Positions 1 through 11,710 of a stretch of DNA of 64,000 nt are shown one piece after another. The notes under the pieces were generated by a model. The model was not told the origin of the DNA, ran no database searches, and was given only the letters and a program-made list of their open reading frames with translations. A program made the translations under genes and the position numbers. Each line of letters opens with the position of its first letter. The first letter of the stretch is position 1. The stretch is from Octopus sinensis (Eukaryota), in NCBI RefSeq assembly GCF_006345805.1, contig NC_043011.1, forward strand, positions 29,834,464 through 29,898,463, read 5' to 3'.

Positions 1-44
1 GCATGCATTGAGCACCCCTTTCTCATTCATCCAACATACAGAGT

Positions 45-300
45 AGTAGTAAAGTTCATTCCTGAGTCATATAGACCCATAGGGCCAATTTCCTGATTTC
101 CATGGTGTATATATTTTCCACCTGGATGGAGCATCAGTCCATGACAGAATTACTCATCTTTGTCAGCTCAGTGGACTGGAACAAAATGAAATGAAGTGTG
201 TTGCTCCCGAACACAATGTGTTGCCTGGTCCAGGAATTGAAACCACAATCTTATGATCATGAGTCCAACACCCTAACCATTTAGCCATGTGCCTCCACAT
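45..300 (-). mobile_element. tRNA-headed SINE, family E (head GTGGAGGCACATGGCT..., body ...TTCATTTCA..TTG.TCCAGTCCACT.AGCTG)
   Basis: Homologous to 46475-46746, 46860-47000 and 58365-58565; Pol III A/B-box-like head on the minus strand near 240-300. Confidence 0.65.
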
Positions 301-329
301 CATCCAACATAAATCAACATATTTCTATA

Positions 330-355
330 TGTGTATATACTTATACATACACGCA

Positions 356-387
<32 letters not shown>

Positions 388-496
388 TATGCATTGATAT
401 GTATCTATGAATTTATAGATACATATGCATGTCAGTGTGTATGTGTGAGTGTGTATGTAGATTGATAGATAGATAGATTGATATATATATATATAT

Positions 497-577
<81 letters not shown>

Positions 578-578
578 G
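330..578. repeat. Compound microsatellite (CA)n/(TA)n/(GATA)n
   Basis: Directly visible; generates spurious ORFs 325-606 and 413-643. Confidence 0.95.
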
Positions 579-1439
579 TACAAGCATTTATGAGCAATAC
601 CTTCATTAGATATTGTGGTCCAGCAACCCAAGTTATGGTTCATTACCTTTTTGAAGTTGAGGATTAATCAGAGGTGTTTGTAGACTCAGCTTTTGAAAGC
701 TTCTAATCCAATTGCTGACATGTTTCAATTACCTAATCACACACACATACACACACACAGAGATGCTAATCCGTATACATGAAAGAAATTCTGTTTCATC
801 GAAATTTATAAATTTCATTTATTACAATTCCAATGTCAAATGCTCTGTTAGCAGAAAAGACTGTCAACCATGGCAACTATCTCGACAGAAGCTATGAACA
901 ATTAACAATTGCCATTGCATGGTCTTGCAATATCTAAGCAATTCAGGGAAAGCGTCAAAGCTTCTTTAAGCCAACCAATCTTTTAAATGTTATCATACTG
1001 GTTTGTTTGGTCACTTATCACCTCCCTGCCACGCACACACATACACATCAACTTCCCTCTTTTTCTGCCAAGGGGAAAAATGAACATTGAAGCACGTATT
1101 TTTCTGTGTTTTCTTCTTCGTTGCTTCATATATAACATTAACCAATCAACTATAAAAATTGCTTAATCTTAGCATCATTTGGCAACAATTTTCTTTTGCT
1201 TTTCCTGTTTCTTTCTTCTTTTTTTTTTTGGAATGACTAATTTTAGGTAGACATGGGTATGAGTGTATAGTTAAGAAGCCTGAATCTCAACCACTTGGTT
1301 CTAAATTCAATTCTAATATATGGCACCAGGAGCTGATGTCTTCTTCAACTATAGCTCTGGGCTGACCAAAGATTTTGTAAATGTGAACGAACAAAAAAAG
1401 TCCATCATACACACTATACATACAAACATACCTACATAC

Positions 1440-1474
<35 letters not shown>

Positions 1475-1656
1475 AAATAATAATGTGTGTGTCAATCTCA
1501 TATATCTGTGTGTATGTGTGTGTCTGTGTGTGTCTATGTGTGTCTCAACAAATTTCATCCAGTCCATGCAAGCATAGAAAAGCAGATGTCAAAAAGATGA
1601 TGATGATGATGATGATGACTACGATGATGATGATGATTAATAAAATAATTACCGAG

Positions 1657-1777
1657 CTCATGGTTCCAAGTTCAGTCCCACTGTGCGGCACCTTGGGCAA
1701 GTGTCTTCTACTATATAGCCTAGGGCTGACCAAAGCTTTGGGAGTGGATTTGGTAGACGGAAACTGAAAGAAGCCCG

Positions 1778-1821
<44 letters not shown>

Positions 1822-2043
1822 GTTTGTGTGTGTTTGTGTGTCTGTGTTTGTCCCCACCAACATCGCTTGACAACGAACAGTTATGTGTTTACATCCCCGT
1901 AACTTAGTGGTTCGACAAAATAAACTGATAGAATAAGTACTAGGCTTTCAAAGAATAAGTCCTGGGGCTGACTTGCTCTACTAAAGGTGGTGCTCCAGCA
2001 TGACCACAGTCAAATGACTGAAAGAAATAAAAGAGTAAAGAGT
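1657..2043 (+). mobile_element. SINE family A (tRNA-like head, internal (TA)n/(TG)n, 3' tail ...CAAGTAAAAGAGTAAAAGAG), 5'-degenerate
   Basis: Matches the recurring module GGTTCAGTCCCACTG...TTGGGCAAGTGTCTTCTACTATAGCC...GGATTTGGTAGACGGAAACTGAAAGAAGCCCGTC, then microsatellite, then ...GGTGCTCCAGCATG..CAGTCAAATGACTGAAA. Confidence 0.8.
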
Positions 2044-2068
2044 ATATATATATATATATATATATGAA

Positions 2069-2632
2069 TGGCTTCTTTCACTTTCTGACTACCAAATCCA
2101 CTCACAAGGCTTTGGTCAGCCCAAGGCTATAGTAGATGACACTTGTCCAAGGTACCATGGATCATGTGGTTAGGAAGCAAGCCTCTGACCACACAGCCAC
2201 ACTTGCGCCTATAAATGTAGAAGATTCTGGTTTGATTTTAAATGGTTAAAATCGTTCTTCCACGATGTGATTGCACAGGCATAACTGTGTTTGGAAGCTT
2301 GCTTTCCAGCCATATGGTTCCTGGTTCAACCCCAGTACATAGGACCTATGGCAAGTGCTTTCTAATATAGCCCTCAGTTGACTGATGTCTTTTGAGTGAA
2401 TATTGCTGTATGGAAGCCTGTCATGTGTGTGTGTGTGTGTGCGTGCGTGGTTGTGTTGTCCTCTCCCAACTGCTTGACAGTTAGGATTGGTTTGTTTACA
2501 ACTTTGTGACTTCAACAATAATGGCTGATAGATTAAGCATCAGACTTGAAAAAATAGTTACTGGCATCAGTTTGTTTGACTAAAACCCTTCAAAACCCAA
2601 TGAGTGAAGCAAGTAAAAGCTAAAAGATAAAA
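2069..2632. mobile_element. Two diverged SINE family A copies, head-to-head (minus ~2069-2212, plus ~2275-2632)
   Basis: Same modules as the other family A copies, heavily mutated. Confidence 0.6.
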
Positions 2633-3684
2633 TACTATGTTCGAAATAAATTCATTCAAGAAATCATGAACAAATATGTTCACATGTATACACAAATGCA
2701 AATATTGACATTTCGCAAATGCACACAAACAAGTACAAACATATCTATATTTGAATGCATTAACTTAAAAACACACACCACCAACATAAACAAATTTAAA
2801 CATAGGTCCATCTGTATACATTAACTAATAAACACTCATGCTGCAACATTTAAACATAGACTAACACCACTACCTCTACCACAAAGTGATAACTTTAACA
2901 CACACACACACATGCACACACAAATGCACACATAGAAATCTATGCTTACATACCAGACTATGTTAACACACACTCACAAATACATACAGAGGATATATAT
3001 ATATATATTGCTTAAGCTCAGTCTTCAAAACCTTAACACATGAATAAACATACAAGCCTTTAACCATAAAGGAAATCAAAAGCACAATACAATACTTCAC
3101 ACTAAATACAGATTACAATAACTATAATTAAATACACATGTAATTAAATTTAGGAATTAAAATATTAAACTAATAACAACAAAAGAAACTATTTATCACT
3201 ATTTCTATGACTGGAATATGTTTGATGCTTCAGGAAATTTAATCTAGTTATCGTTTTGGTAACTTGGATTAGTCAATGGTTTATAAGAGAAATGATTGTT
3301 CTAAATCTGGTATACAGATATCTATAAATCCTTAGTATAACAACAGATGTTGAAATATCAATGCTTTTTCAAGTTACATATGGTGTAGTAATAATATATA
3401 CGTATATGGAACTCTGAGATTCTGAAACAGAGTTAAGTGTTTTAAATGCAACTGAAATTCTTACAAGGGGAAACATTAACTTTCATTTCAAGCTCACAAG
3501 GATGTCTTTATGTGGTTGTTTGATCTGCTAAAAAGAGCAGCCAAATTTCTGTCAGCTCACTCTCCATCATTTCAGAAAATGATGGAGTGACTATTTCAGA
3601 AAATGGTCACATTAGAACATGTGGTCTTTCATCATCATCATCATCATTATCACCACCACCACCACCACCACCACCACCACCACC

Positions 3685-3714
<30 letters not shown>

Positions 3715-3716
<2 letters not shown>

Positions 3717-3965
3717 TTAACGTCCACCTTCTATGCTAGCATGGGTTGGACAGTTTGACAGAAGCTGGCCAGGTAGAAGACTACCCTAAGCTACTGTGTC
3801 TGTGTCTACCCCAGGTTACTGTGTCTGGTTTTTACACCTGGATGCCCTTCCTAACACTATCCAGCCTGCAGAGTGGACTGAGTGCTTTTTACGTGTCACC
3901 AGCACAGGTGAAGTCAGTTTTGGCATGGTTTTTACAGCTGGATGCCCTTCCGAATACCAACCACT
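3715..3965 (-). mobile_element. RTE-type 3' tail element (family D), ending in (TGA)n
   Basis: Reverse complement carries TTGG..TT.GGAAGGGCATCCAGC.GTA.AAA and ...CCCATGCTAGCAT.GAA.G.GGACGTTAAATGATG, as in 35392-35630. Confidence 0.65.
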
Positions 3966-4163
3966 TCAGAAAAGGATAAAATGTTAAAGGCTAGAATGTC
4001 TGTGGTTAGAAGTCTGATGGATCAGAGATGACATGGCCCTAAACACGAAATGCAACCTGGGAACATTTTATCTAATTCCAACATAATTGTCCACCTGCTA
4101 GAAATAGTAGCTATTTCTCCCTGAAATCATGATGTACCATCTTCAAAATATGTTCATCTTAAA

Positions 4164-4398
4164 CTACTGCAGACCAACACCAGTAGAAAAGACATAAGCA
4201 GTGAAAGGATTCCAGAAAGATGATATTCTGGGAGGAAAAACTGGGATATAATAACTCAGAGTTGGAGAGTTGGACACAAGAATTTGGATAAAAGTTGAGA
4301 GCTGAGTGGATTTAGGATATCTGAGTGGAGGAGATACAAGACTAGCCAGATCCGAGTAACAGAGGCCATTACAATAGTGATAGAAAAGACAGAGAGGG
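4164..4398 (-). mobile_element. CR1/L2-group LINE 3' coding remnant
   Basis: Minus-strand translation SLCLFYHYCNGLCYSDLASLVSPP...SSFWNPF resembles the C-terminus of CR1/L2-type ORF2 (L..FYRY..G.C..EL..LVP...RT..LWN.LP). Confidence 0.55.
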
Positions 4399-4399
4399 A

Positions 4400-5226
4400 T
4401 TTCAATTTTTAATAACCTTCTTAACTTCACAAATAAATGCATGAAATTTTGATACAATATAAAGGACATATTAAAAATTAATATACACAAGTCAAATTTT
4501 GCAACACCACTACATCACATATGAAAAATGACATTGCTTTGCTTAAATGGCAGCCATTTTCAGCTCACATGCCTGTGCTCTTTCATAAACTTGCACCATA
4601 ACACCATCAAAAGTTTCAGACCCAATTTCACTGATTTCTCTTTTGTTGCTCTCCTTCAGTTGCACCAGGGTTTCTGGTTTGTTGGTGAAAACCCTTCCTT
4701 TCAGGTATCCATGATTGAGACCTTTTTGCACCCAGCCATTCAAAGTAGACCTCACACATGGTTCCAGCAAGATGGGGCAACTACTCATACCACAAGAGAA
4801 ACAATGCAATTGTTATTTCAGTACTTTGAAGAGAGAATTATCTCCTACTACATGTTCCCCAGACTTGACTAGCCTGGATTTTTTCTTGTTAGGATACCTG
4901 AAAGAGAGGGTTTATGCCAACAAACCAGAGACCCTGGTGCAACTGAAGGAGAACATCAATAGAGAAATTAGAGAAGTGGGGTCTGAAACTCTTGAGGGTG
5001 TTATGATGCAAGTTTTGGAAGTGCACAGGCATGCATAATCGAAAATGGCTGCACTTTATGCGATGTCATTTTTCATATGTGAAGTAGTGGTGTTGCAAAA
5101 GTTGACTCATGCATATTAATTTCCATTATGCCCTTTATATTGTATCAAAATTTCATGCATTTATTTATAAAGTTAAGGGAGTTATTAAAAATTGAAACCT
5201 GTCAGTGACTTTTGGGACACCCTGTA
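4400..5226 (+). mobile_element. Tc1/mariner fold-back derivative (transposase C-terminus, right TIR intact)
   Basis: Peptides WFQQDGATTHT and SPDLTSLDFFLLGYLKERVYANKPETL are mariner/Tc1 catalytic-domain motifs. Right end reads ...TTTTGGGACACCCTG|TA. Arms 4400-4710 and 4892-5197 are inverted copies. Confidence 0.8.
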
Positions 5227-5354
5227 CATTTATTTCACTAGTTGATATCCATAGGATAACAACTGTTTTGCAGCCAACAGCATGCAAAAATAATTTATTT
5301 TAGTGCAGAATAAATCATTTTAAATATCTCTTCATGAAATAATCTTCACTGACT

Positions 5355-5547
5355 GGCGCAGGAGTGGCTGTGTGGTAAGTAGCTTGCTTACCAACCACAT
5401 GGTTCCGGGTTCAGTCCCACTGTGTGGCACCTTGAGCAAGTGTCTTCTACTATAGCCTCGGCTGACCAAGGCCTTGTGAGTGGATTTGGTAGATGGAAAC
5501 TGAAAGAAGCCCGTCGTATATATGTATATATATATATATTATATATA

Positions 5548-5617
<70 letters not shown>

Positions 5618-5624
5618 ATATATA

Positions 5625-5670
<46 letters not shown>

Positions 5671-5880
5671 ATATGTTTGTGCGTCTGTGCTTGTTCCTCC
5701 AACATCACTTGAAAACCGATGCTGGTGTGTTTACATCCACGTAACTTAGCGGTTCGGCAAAAAGAGATCGATAGACTAAGTACTAAGCTTACAAAAACTA
5801 AGTCCTGGGGTCGATTTGCTTGACTAAAAAGGCAGTGCTCCAGCATGGCAGCAGTCAAATGACTGAAACAAGTAAAAGAA
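5355..5880 (+). mobile_element. SINE family A, near full length
   Basis: GGCGCAGGAGTGGCTGTGTGGTAAGTAGCTTGCTTACCAACCACATGGTTCCGGGTTCAGTCCC head, internal (TA)n 5518-5660, complete tail. Confidence 0.88.
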
Positions 5881-6022
5881 AAAAAGAATGATTGGATTTT
5901 CTGGATTTCAAATGCATAGGACACCTACATATTAGTATACTATATGGTTTGTGGCCTGGCCACCAGAGGAACTATTTTTGTGATTACCACTGGATTATGT
6001 AAATCCATATATTGTGCATTAA

Positions 6023-6066
<44 letters not shown>

Positions 6067-6982
6067 CCTTCTTTATGGCAGGTTTCTTTCAGTTTCTGTC
6101 CACCAAATCTACTTAAAAGGCTTTAAGTAGATATAACACCCCAGAGTTATAGTAGGAGATACTTGTCCAAGTTGTTATGCAGTGGGACTGGAAATTAAAG
6201 CAAACTTCTTTATTTCATTAAATTGGCTATGGAATCCGTACACAGATGGAGAAGCTACGGGTTGGACAAAGGCATTAATGAGATGAGATGAATAATGAAC
6301 AGGATGATATTAATGAGAGAAGCCAAAAGACACTCACCGATCTTTGCTTCTCTAAAACATTGTTCTTTTGTGAACTTACAATTTGAGGCAATAAACCTCT
6401 TACTAGTATTTCTTTTGGACTCAAGGGCCTTACAATAAGGCACCAAGCCTCTTCTTACCCCACAGTCTGTCATGGCAGGCAGTAAAAATTGGGGTTAAAC
6501 CTTAAGACAATAACTTAAGTTGCATATTATGCATATCCTAGGTTCTTAGAACAGGTACACATTATCCTTGCATATTGCAAAAGGCAGCTTGAAGAATTGG
6601 TATCAGGAAAGACATTGAGTCATAAGACTGCCTCAAAAATTCTCATGCTACCCATGCCAACATAGAAAAGTAGAAGTAAAAACAATGATGGTGATGATGA
6701 TAATGATGATGGTGGAGTAGAGTGGGGTGGTCGTTGACGACATACAAGTCTATAAGATTGAAGATTTGTTATTTTCCTCTGCACAGATGTACCACTCCAT
6801 AGGTTCTTTTTTGCATTAAACATTCACAAGTTATCCCTGTTATGAAAAAGGTTTCCATCCTTATTTCAGATAATCGATATGACATTGATATATTTTGCTT
6901 TGTATTTTGTTTTTGTTTTGTTTTTTTATTTGATTCATAATATCCTATTTTATGTAATCAAGATAATCAGAAAATATTAACT

Positions 6983-6984
<2 letters not shown>

Positions 6985-7060
<76 letters not shown>

Positions 7061-7070
7061 CTGTGTGTAT

Positions 7071-7108
<38 letters not shown>

Positions 7109-7440
7109 GTGTGTGTGTGTATATATATATACACTCACCTATATATATACACGTACATATATATATGTACATATATACATATACATACACACACGTACAT
7201 ATATATATTTACACACACATATACCTACACACATATATACGTATACCAACACACATATACACATATATACCTACACACGTATATATATATACACACATAC
7301 ATGTATAAATACATATATATATATATAGATAGAGAGAGAGAGGGAGAGAGGGAGAGAGAGAAAGAGAGAGAGAGACAGACACAGTGAGAGGGAGTGAAAG
7401 AGATGTGTGTATTTGTGTATGTTAACAATTACATAATTAC

Positions 7441-7485
<45 letters not shown>

Positions 7486-7515
7486 GTAATAATTGTAATA
7501 ATAGTAATAATAATG
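6985..7515. repeat. Compound microsatellite block (CA)n, (TA)n, (GA)n, (AAT)n
   Basis: Directly visible. Confidence 0.95.
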
Positions 7516-7929
7516 AAGGTGGAAGGCAAAATTACCTCAGCATGATCAATGAACAGATGAGTCATTAAACAGATGGCAACTGAGTACAAATGAATTACAT
7601 ATGATAACGATAATGATTGCAATCATTCATTCGTTTCTCATTTTGAAAGAATGAAAGGAAAGGCCAAATAAATTGTGTAAGGGATACAAATAAAATTGGT
7701 GAAAATTAGTATAAAAAAATAAAAATATATATATATATAAACAATATAAGTACTGGTATGGTTGTGTGGTTAAGCAGTTCACTTCACAACCATAAGGTTT
7801 TAAGTTCAGTCCCAGTATGTGGTCCTTTCGGGTAAATGCCTTTTTATTTAACACTGGGCTGACCAATTCCTTGTGAGTGAATTTCATAAATAGAAACTGT
7901 ATAGAAGACCATCATACATCCATAAATAT

Positions 7930-8490
7930 ATATAGATGGTGGCTACCCCCTCGTTATCGAGTATGGCCATTGCACGAAGCTTAATCAATGTTGTTATCAT
8001 GCAATTCCTGTGCATGAAGATTTTTTTTAAAGTGAGGAAAGGCTGTGCACTGAGTCAATCCCACTCACTAAGCAACAGCAGCCATAATCCGAAAAGAAGA
8101 ACAAGTCAACATCATCGGTAACCACTGAGCCGCAGGTTTTATATCGGAGTTATCCCAGTTACCTGAGTTATCTTCTCCTAGAAGGATGCCCTAACAAAGG
8201 CTAGGAGTCCTTCACTCCCAATGGTTTAACTGCACGATCGGGTATTCAGTCCGATTATTTCTATGTCCCCGTGCATGATACAGCCTTAAGTCATTTATTG
8301 GATGGCCGTTGACTCTCAAGAGTTCCTCTGCCCTTTAACGGGTTTTGTTTTTCATCCTGCAAGGTGTTCAATAAACACCCTCCTCACCAAGCATGCTTGG
8401 TGGGGTTGCCAGTTTAGTCGCTGATGACCCGACCATGCAACTGGATGTACTGGGTTACATGTTACCAGAGAGCACTCAAAAGTGACCTGA
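7930..8490 (-). mobile_element. Non-autonomous interspersed element with RTE-like 5' leader
   Basis: GC-richer than its flanks. Minus strand has TTAGGGCATCCTTCTAGGAGAAGATAACTC...ATAAAACC and GCGACTAAACTGGCAACC, which I recognise from RTE-clade leaders (from memory). Perfect 18-bp palindrome CACCAAGCATGCTTGGTG at 8385-8402. Confidence 0.4.
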
Positions 8491-8574
8491 CATATATATA
8501 GATACATACATACATACCTACATACATATGTACATGCACACATACATAAACACACATCTTAAATACATGCCAAA

Positions 8575-9182
8575 GAAGTTGCATGACTTTACTGCAATAT
8601 ATCATCAGATGAAAGGCTGAGCATATATGAGCAGAAGTCCCTAGATGGATATGTTAGTAGAAAGCTCAGAGATGATAGTAACTCTGATCATCTAAACAGT
8701 CTATCATGGATCAACAATTGGACCACTGCGTCCCACTTTCAAGGGTATGTGTTTGTAATCCAGAAACAGGAAATATCAACCAAATATCTGATGCACAGAA
8801 GAGACAGAGATGCAGGAAAAGCAGTAAAATGTGACAACCAATGCAGACTTTGTGGTGTTAACACTGAAGATATCACCATCATCATTAAGCAGTTGTCTGA
8901 AAATGTCATCACTGTATTATCTACCAATGAAACATGATATTGTAGCTAGGACACTGTATGACAAGATCTATCAAAAGGATAACCTCAAGGACAAAGAAAT
9001 AAGAATCCAGGTGGAAGCCATAGTCACTCACAATAAAAAGGAGTACTGGTGGGATTGTCCCAGTGAAAACCTCAATAAAATGTAAACACAATAAATTTGA
9101 TATAAGGATTTGGGATAGAGCAGAGACACTGTGTACAGTTGTTGAAATTAGCTGCCCAGCAGATGTTAACATAAAGTTGAAG
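8575..9182 (+). mobile_element. RLE-type non-LTR retrotransposon fragment (R4/Dong/HERO-like), decayed
   Basis: Frameshifted peptides IQKQEISTKY..CRLCG (CCHC knuckle), HDIVARTLY, EYWWD and DIRIWD..TVVEISCPADV (restriction-like endonuclease). Clearly homologous to 22160-22760. Confidence 0.8.
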
Positions 9183-10719
9183 TGCGATTTATGTCTTCTG
9201 GAAAAATATTTTATTTTATTCCAATATTTTTGATATAAATAATTCTTTAAATCAAAGAAGCGAACTCTTAAATTCATGTAGACACGCAGCTAAATTTAAA
9301 ATCTCGACTAGCAATATCCCATATGGATAGCATATATTTTTGATTCTTGGACTAGTTTTTAATCACACTGTTGGATTTGTTTCGTATTATGCATGATTTA
9401 TTCTGCATCACAAAGTTTTTGTATATATTTCGATATATTTCTTAAGAAAAACCTTTGACTGTTATATACTAATATTATTTTCTTGTTTAGGATTCTGCTT
9501 TTATTTTATTTCATTTTATTGTATTTTATAAACCCAATTTAATTGTTTAATTTATAGATAATTCGATACAGAGTGTTATATTTTGCATGTCTTTTATCTA
9601 AATTTTATTATCATGCACTCAGCAATTTTTTATAATAATGTTGTTTGTATATACGTCAGATTCTAGACATGTTTTATGTGAATATTTGTATTGGCATGTA
9701 TATGTATTCATATGCATGCATCCATGTATATGTGTAAGTGAGTGTGTATGTTTATACTTATGCACATACATTCATGGATGTACATGTATGCATGTATTCA
9801 CTTGAATTTGTATGGATGTGTATTTGCGTACTTATTTCTATATATTTACATATGTGTTTTTATATGTGTATTTACTGCTAATATATGCTTTTATATACAC
9901 ATGTATACATAATTTTATTTTGTGAACGTTCGTTATGCATATTCAGACTTCTTTCTTCCTCTCTTTCATTATTTTTTCCCTCCCTATTCGCTACTTGTAT
10001 AGAGTCCTGTAACTTTACACCCCTCTCCCTTTCTCTTACTCACATCTTTAGCTATTTGTTGCTTATAAGATCGTTACCTTTTCTTTTCTTTTTCTTCCCC
10101 CTCTCTGCATCTTACTTCTTGTCTATATGTATACACCAAGTGATTTTTGCATGTGGGCAAGATTGCGTATGCATATGTATTTGTGTATTTGTGTGTATAT
10201 TTACGTTTTGCATTTATATGTCTGCATATGTATGTGGTCTGTGTACATCTATCTGTGTATTTTGATGTATATATGTATAATGATGTTTTAGTATGAGCAT
10301 ATACTGTTGTGAAATATTTTAATATTTATGTATTAATTGTATTAATCGAATTATATTTCTATATAATTAATGACACTATGTATTTTGAATCTGCTCTTTG
10401 ATTTAAGGTTTTTCCTCAATTTTTATAATTTATATTGAATTCATTTATTTTGTGTATTTTGATTATCGCATGCTTAAGACCGTTATTTGAAAGGACCAAT
10501 GAAACAAATCCATTTTTAAAGGTGTATCCTTTAACTAATTTTGATCAAATTGTTATTTCTGTTCTATTTTAACAAAACTGTCCGACGAACGGGAATGTGA
10601 AACTCCGAGTAACAGCTTTTGTTATGTTTCTGCTGCTTTTAAATAAAACATATAACTCTACCTCTGGTATTTGAGTACTCTTTTTTCCACCTTGTTTCAC
10701 ATTCATGTGCTTACTCCGG
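9180..10719 (+). mobile_element. Penelope-like element 1: last ~50 codons of endonuclease plus long 3' region/pLTR with hammerhead
   Basis: 9180-9230 KCDLCLLEKYFILF, frameshift, then 9241-9330 NSLNQRSELLNSCRHAAKFKIS...stop. This is the PLE GIY-YIG C-terminal signature (C..C..EK / LN.RSEL...CRH..KF). Hammerhead fold at 10574-10620. Confidence 0.75.
10574..10620 (+). ncRNA. Type I hammerhead ribozyme-like fold, core variant CCGACGA
   Basis: ctgt-CCGACGA-ac(gggaat)gt-GAAA-ct(ccg)ag-TA-acag: stems I, II and III and a GUA cleavage triplet are all in register. Confidence 0.7.
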
Positions 10720-11349
10720 GCCTTCAATATAGGTAAATATTTCCTAGCACTGATAGATAGACATTTTCCAGTTAACCATACTTATAGGAAACTCTTCAAT
10801 AGACACAATTTAAAAATTAGTTTTAGTTCAACTACCAATTTTAAAAACATAATCAAACTTAAAATACAAAAAACACAACAAGAAAACAGCTGTTCATGCA
10901 GGAATAAAGAATTGTGCCCGCTAAATGGAGATTGCATGTCCAAGACCATTATATATGAAGCTACCGTAAACTCTATAACCACTAAAGACACCGTTTCGAC
11001 GAAGAAATATGTGGGCCTTACAGAGGGTAATTTCAAGGCCAGGTTCAATAACCACACTTTGAGCTTTAGGCACTGGAACAAAAGAAAAGCGACACAATTA
11101 TCTAATCATATTTGGTCTTTAAGAGATAAAGGTGTCGATTATAACATACAATGGAAGATTTTGGCCAGATGTAAGCCCTATACCAACAGCAGCGGAAGGT
11201 GCGGTCTATGCGACATGGAGAGATGGCTTATCTGGAAAAGCAGCTTAGACCCTACTACATGTCTAAACACAAGGACAGAACTTTTCGGATCATGCCCAAA
11301 TGTGACTAAATTTCTGTTACGTTTTTGGTCCCCTAAAGAAAACAGATAG
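10720..11349 (+). CDS. Penelope-like element 2 ORF fragment: linker plus GIY-YIG endonuclease (Naiad/Chlamys-type), 5'-truncated
   Basis: Motifs NIGKYFLALIDRHFP, CSCRNKELCPLNGDC, IIYEATV...YVGLTEGNFKARFNNH (GIY-YIG), IQWKIL, RCGLCDMER, LNTRTELFGSC..KFLL. The annotated ATG at 10705 lies in the upstream element's end. Confidence 0.85.
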   Translation, partial: AFNIGKYFLALIDRHFPVNHTYRKLFNRHNLKISFSSTTNFKNIIKLKIQKTQQENSCSCRNKELCPLNGDCMSKTIIYEATVNSITTKDTVSTKKYVGLTEGNFKARFNNHTLSFRHWNKRKATQLSNHIWSLRDKGVDYNIQWKILARCKPYTNSSGRCGLCDMERWLIWKSSLDPTTCLNTRTELFGSCPNVTKFLLRFWSPKENR

Positions 11350-11710
11350 AACATGCTTTCTATGTTATGTCCCAAGAAGATTTTATATATTTTTATATAT
11401 TTTTATATATTTTTAATGTATTTTTATATAATTTTCATGACGAAAAATGCGAGCGATGTATAAGTACACAGGCAAGCAGAGTTATAACACAGTAATTTCC
11501 CTTTATATAACAGTATTTTTTCGTAGCGTTTTCAAATAGCCAGATAACCGAAGAGATGGTGTTGTGGATTTCCACTTCGGCATCTGAAACTCAGAGTTTT
11601 ATCTTGACTATCGAGTAATGTAACATATTATTGTATAGATAAATTTCCTCTATTTACATAATATTGAGGTCTCTTTCTTTCTTTTGTTATCTTACCGTTT
11701 TACCAATATA
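11350..11710 (+). mobile_element. 3' UTR/pLTR of Penelope-like element 2
   Basis: Follows the endonuclease stop and contains a hammerhead. Ends in a CCTCT...TTGAG..CTCTTT pyrimidine tail like that of element 1 (10651-10700), abutting (TA)n. Confidence 0.7.
11542..11604 (+). ncRNA. Type I hammerhead ribozyme-like fold, core variant CCGAAGA
   Basis: agataa-CCGAAGA-gatg..[gtgga tt tccac]..catc-t-GAAA-ct(cag)ag-TT-ttatct: 6-bp stem I, extended stem II, GUU triplet. Confidence 0.7.

Noticed and set aside
5355-5430. tRNA-like heads of the SINEs as real tRNA genes (also 23600-23679)
   Set aside because: A/B boxes are present but there is no complete cloverleaf, and each continues into a multi-copy SINE body.
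6541-6599. Possible 59-nt plus-strand exon (RFLEQVHIILAYCKRQLEEL)
   Set aside because: Weak splice sites, no recognisable protein and no partner exons.
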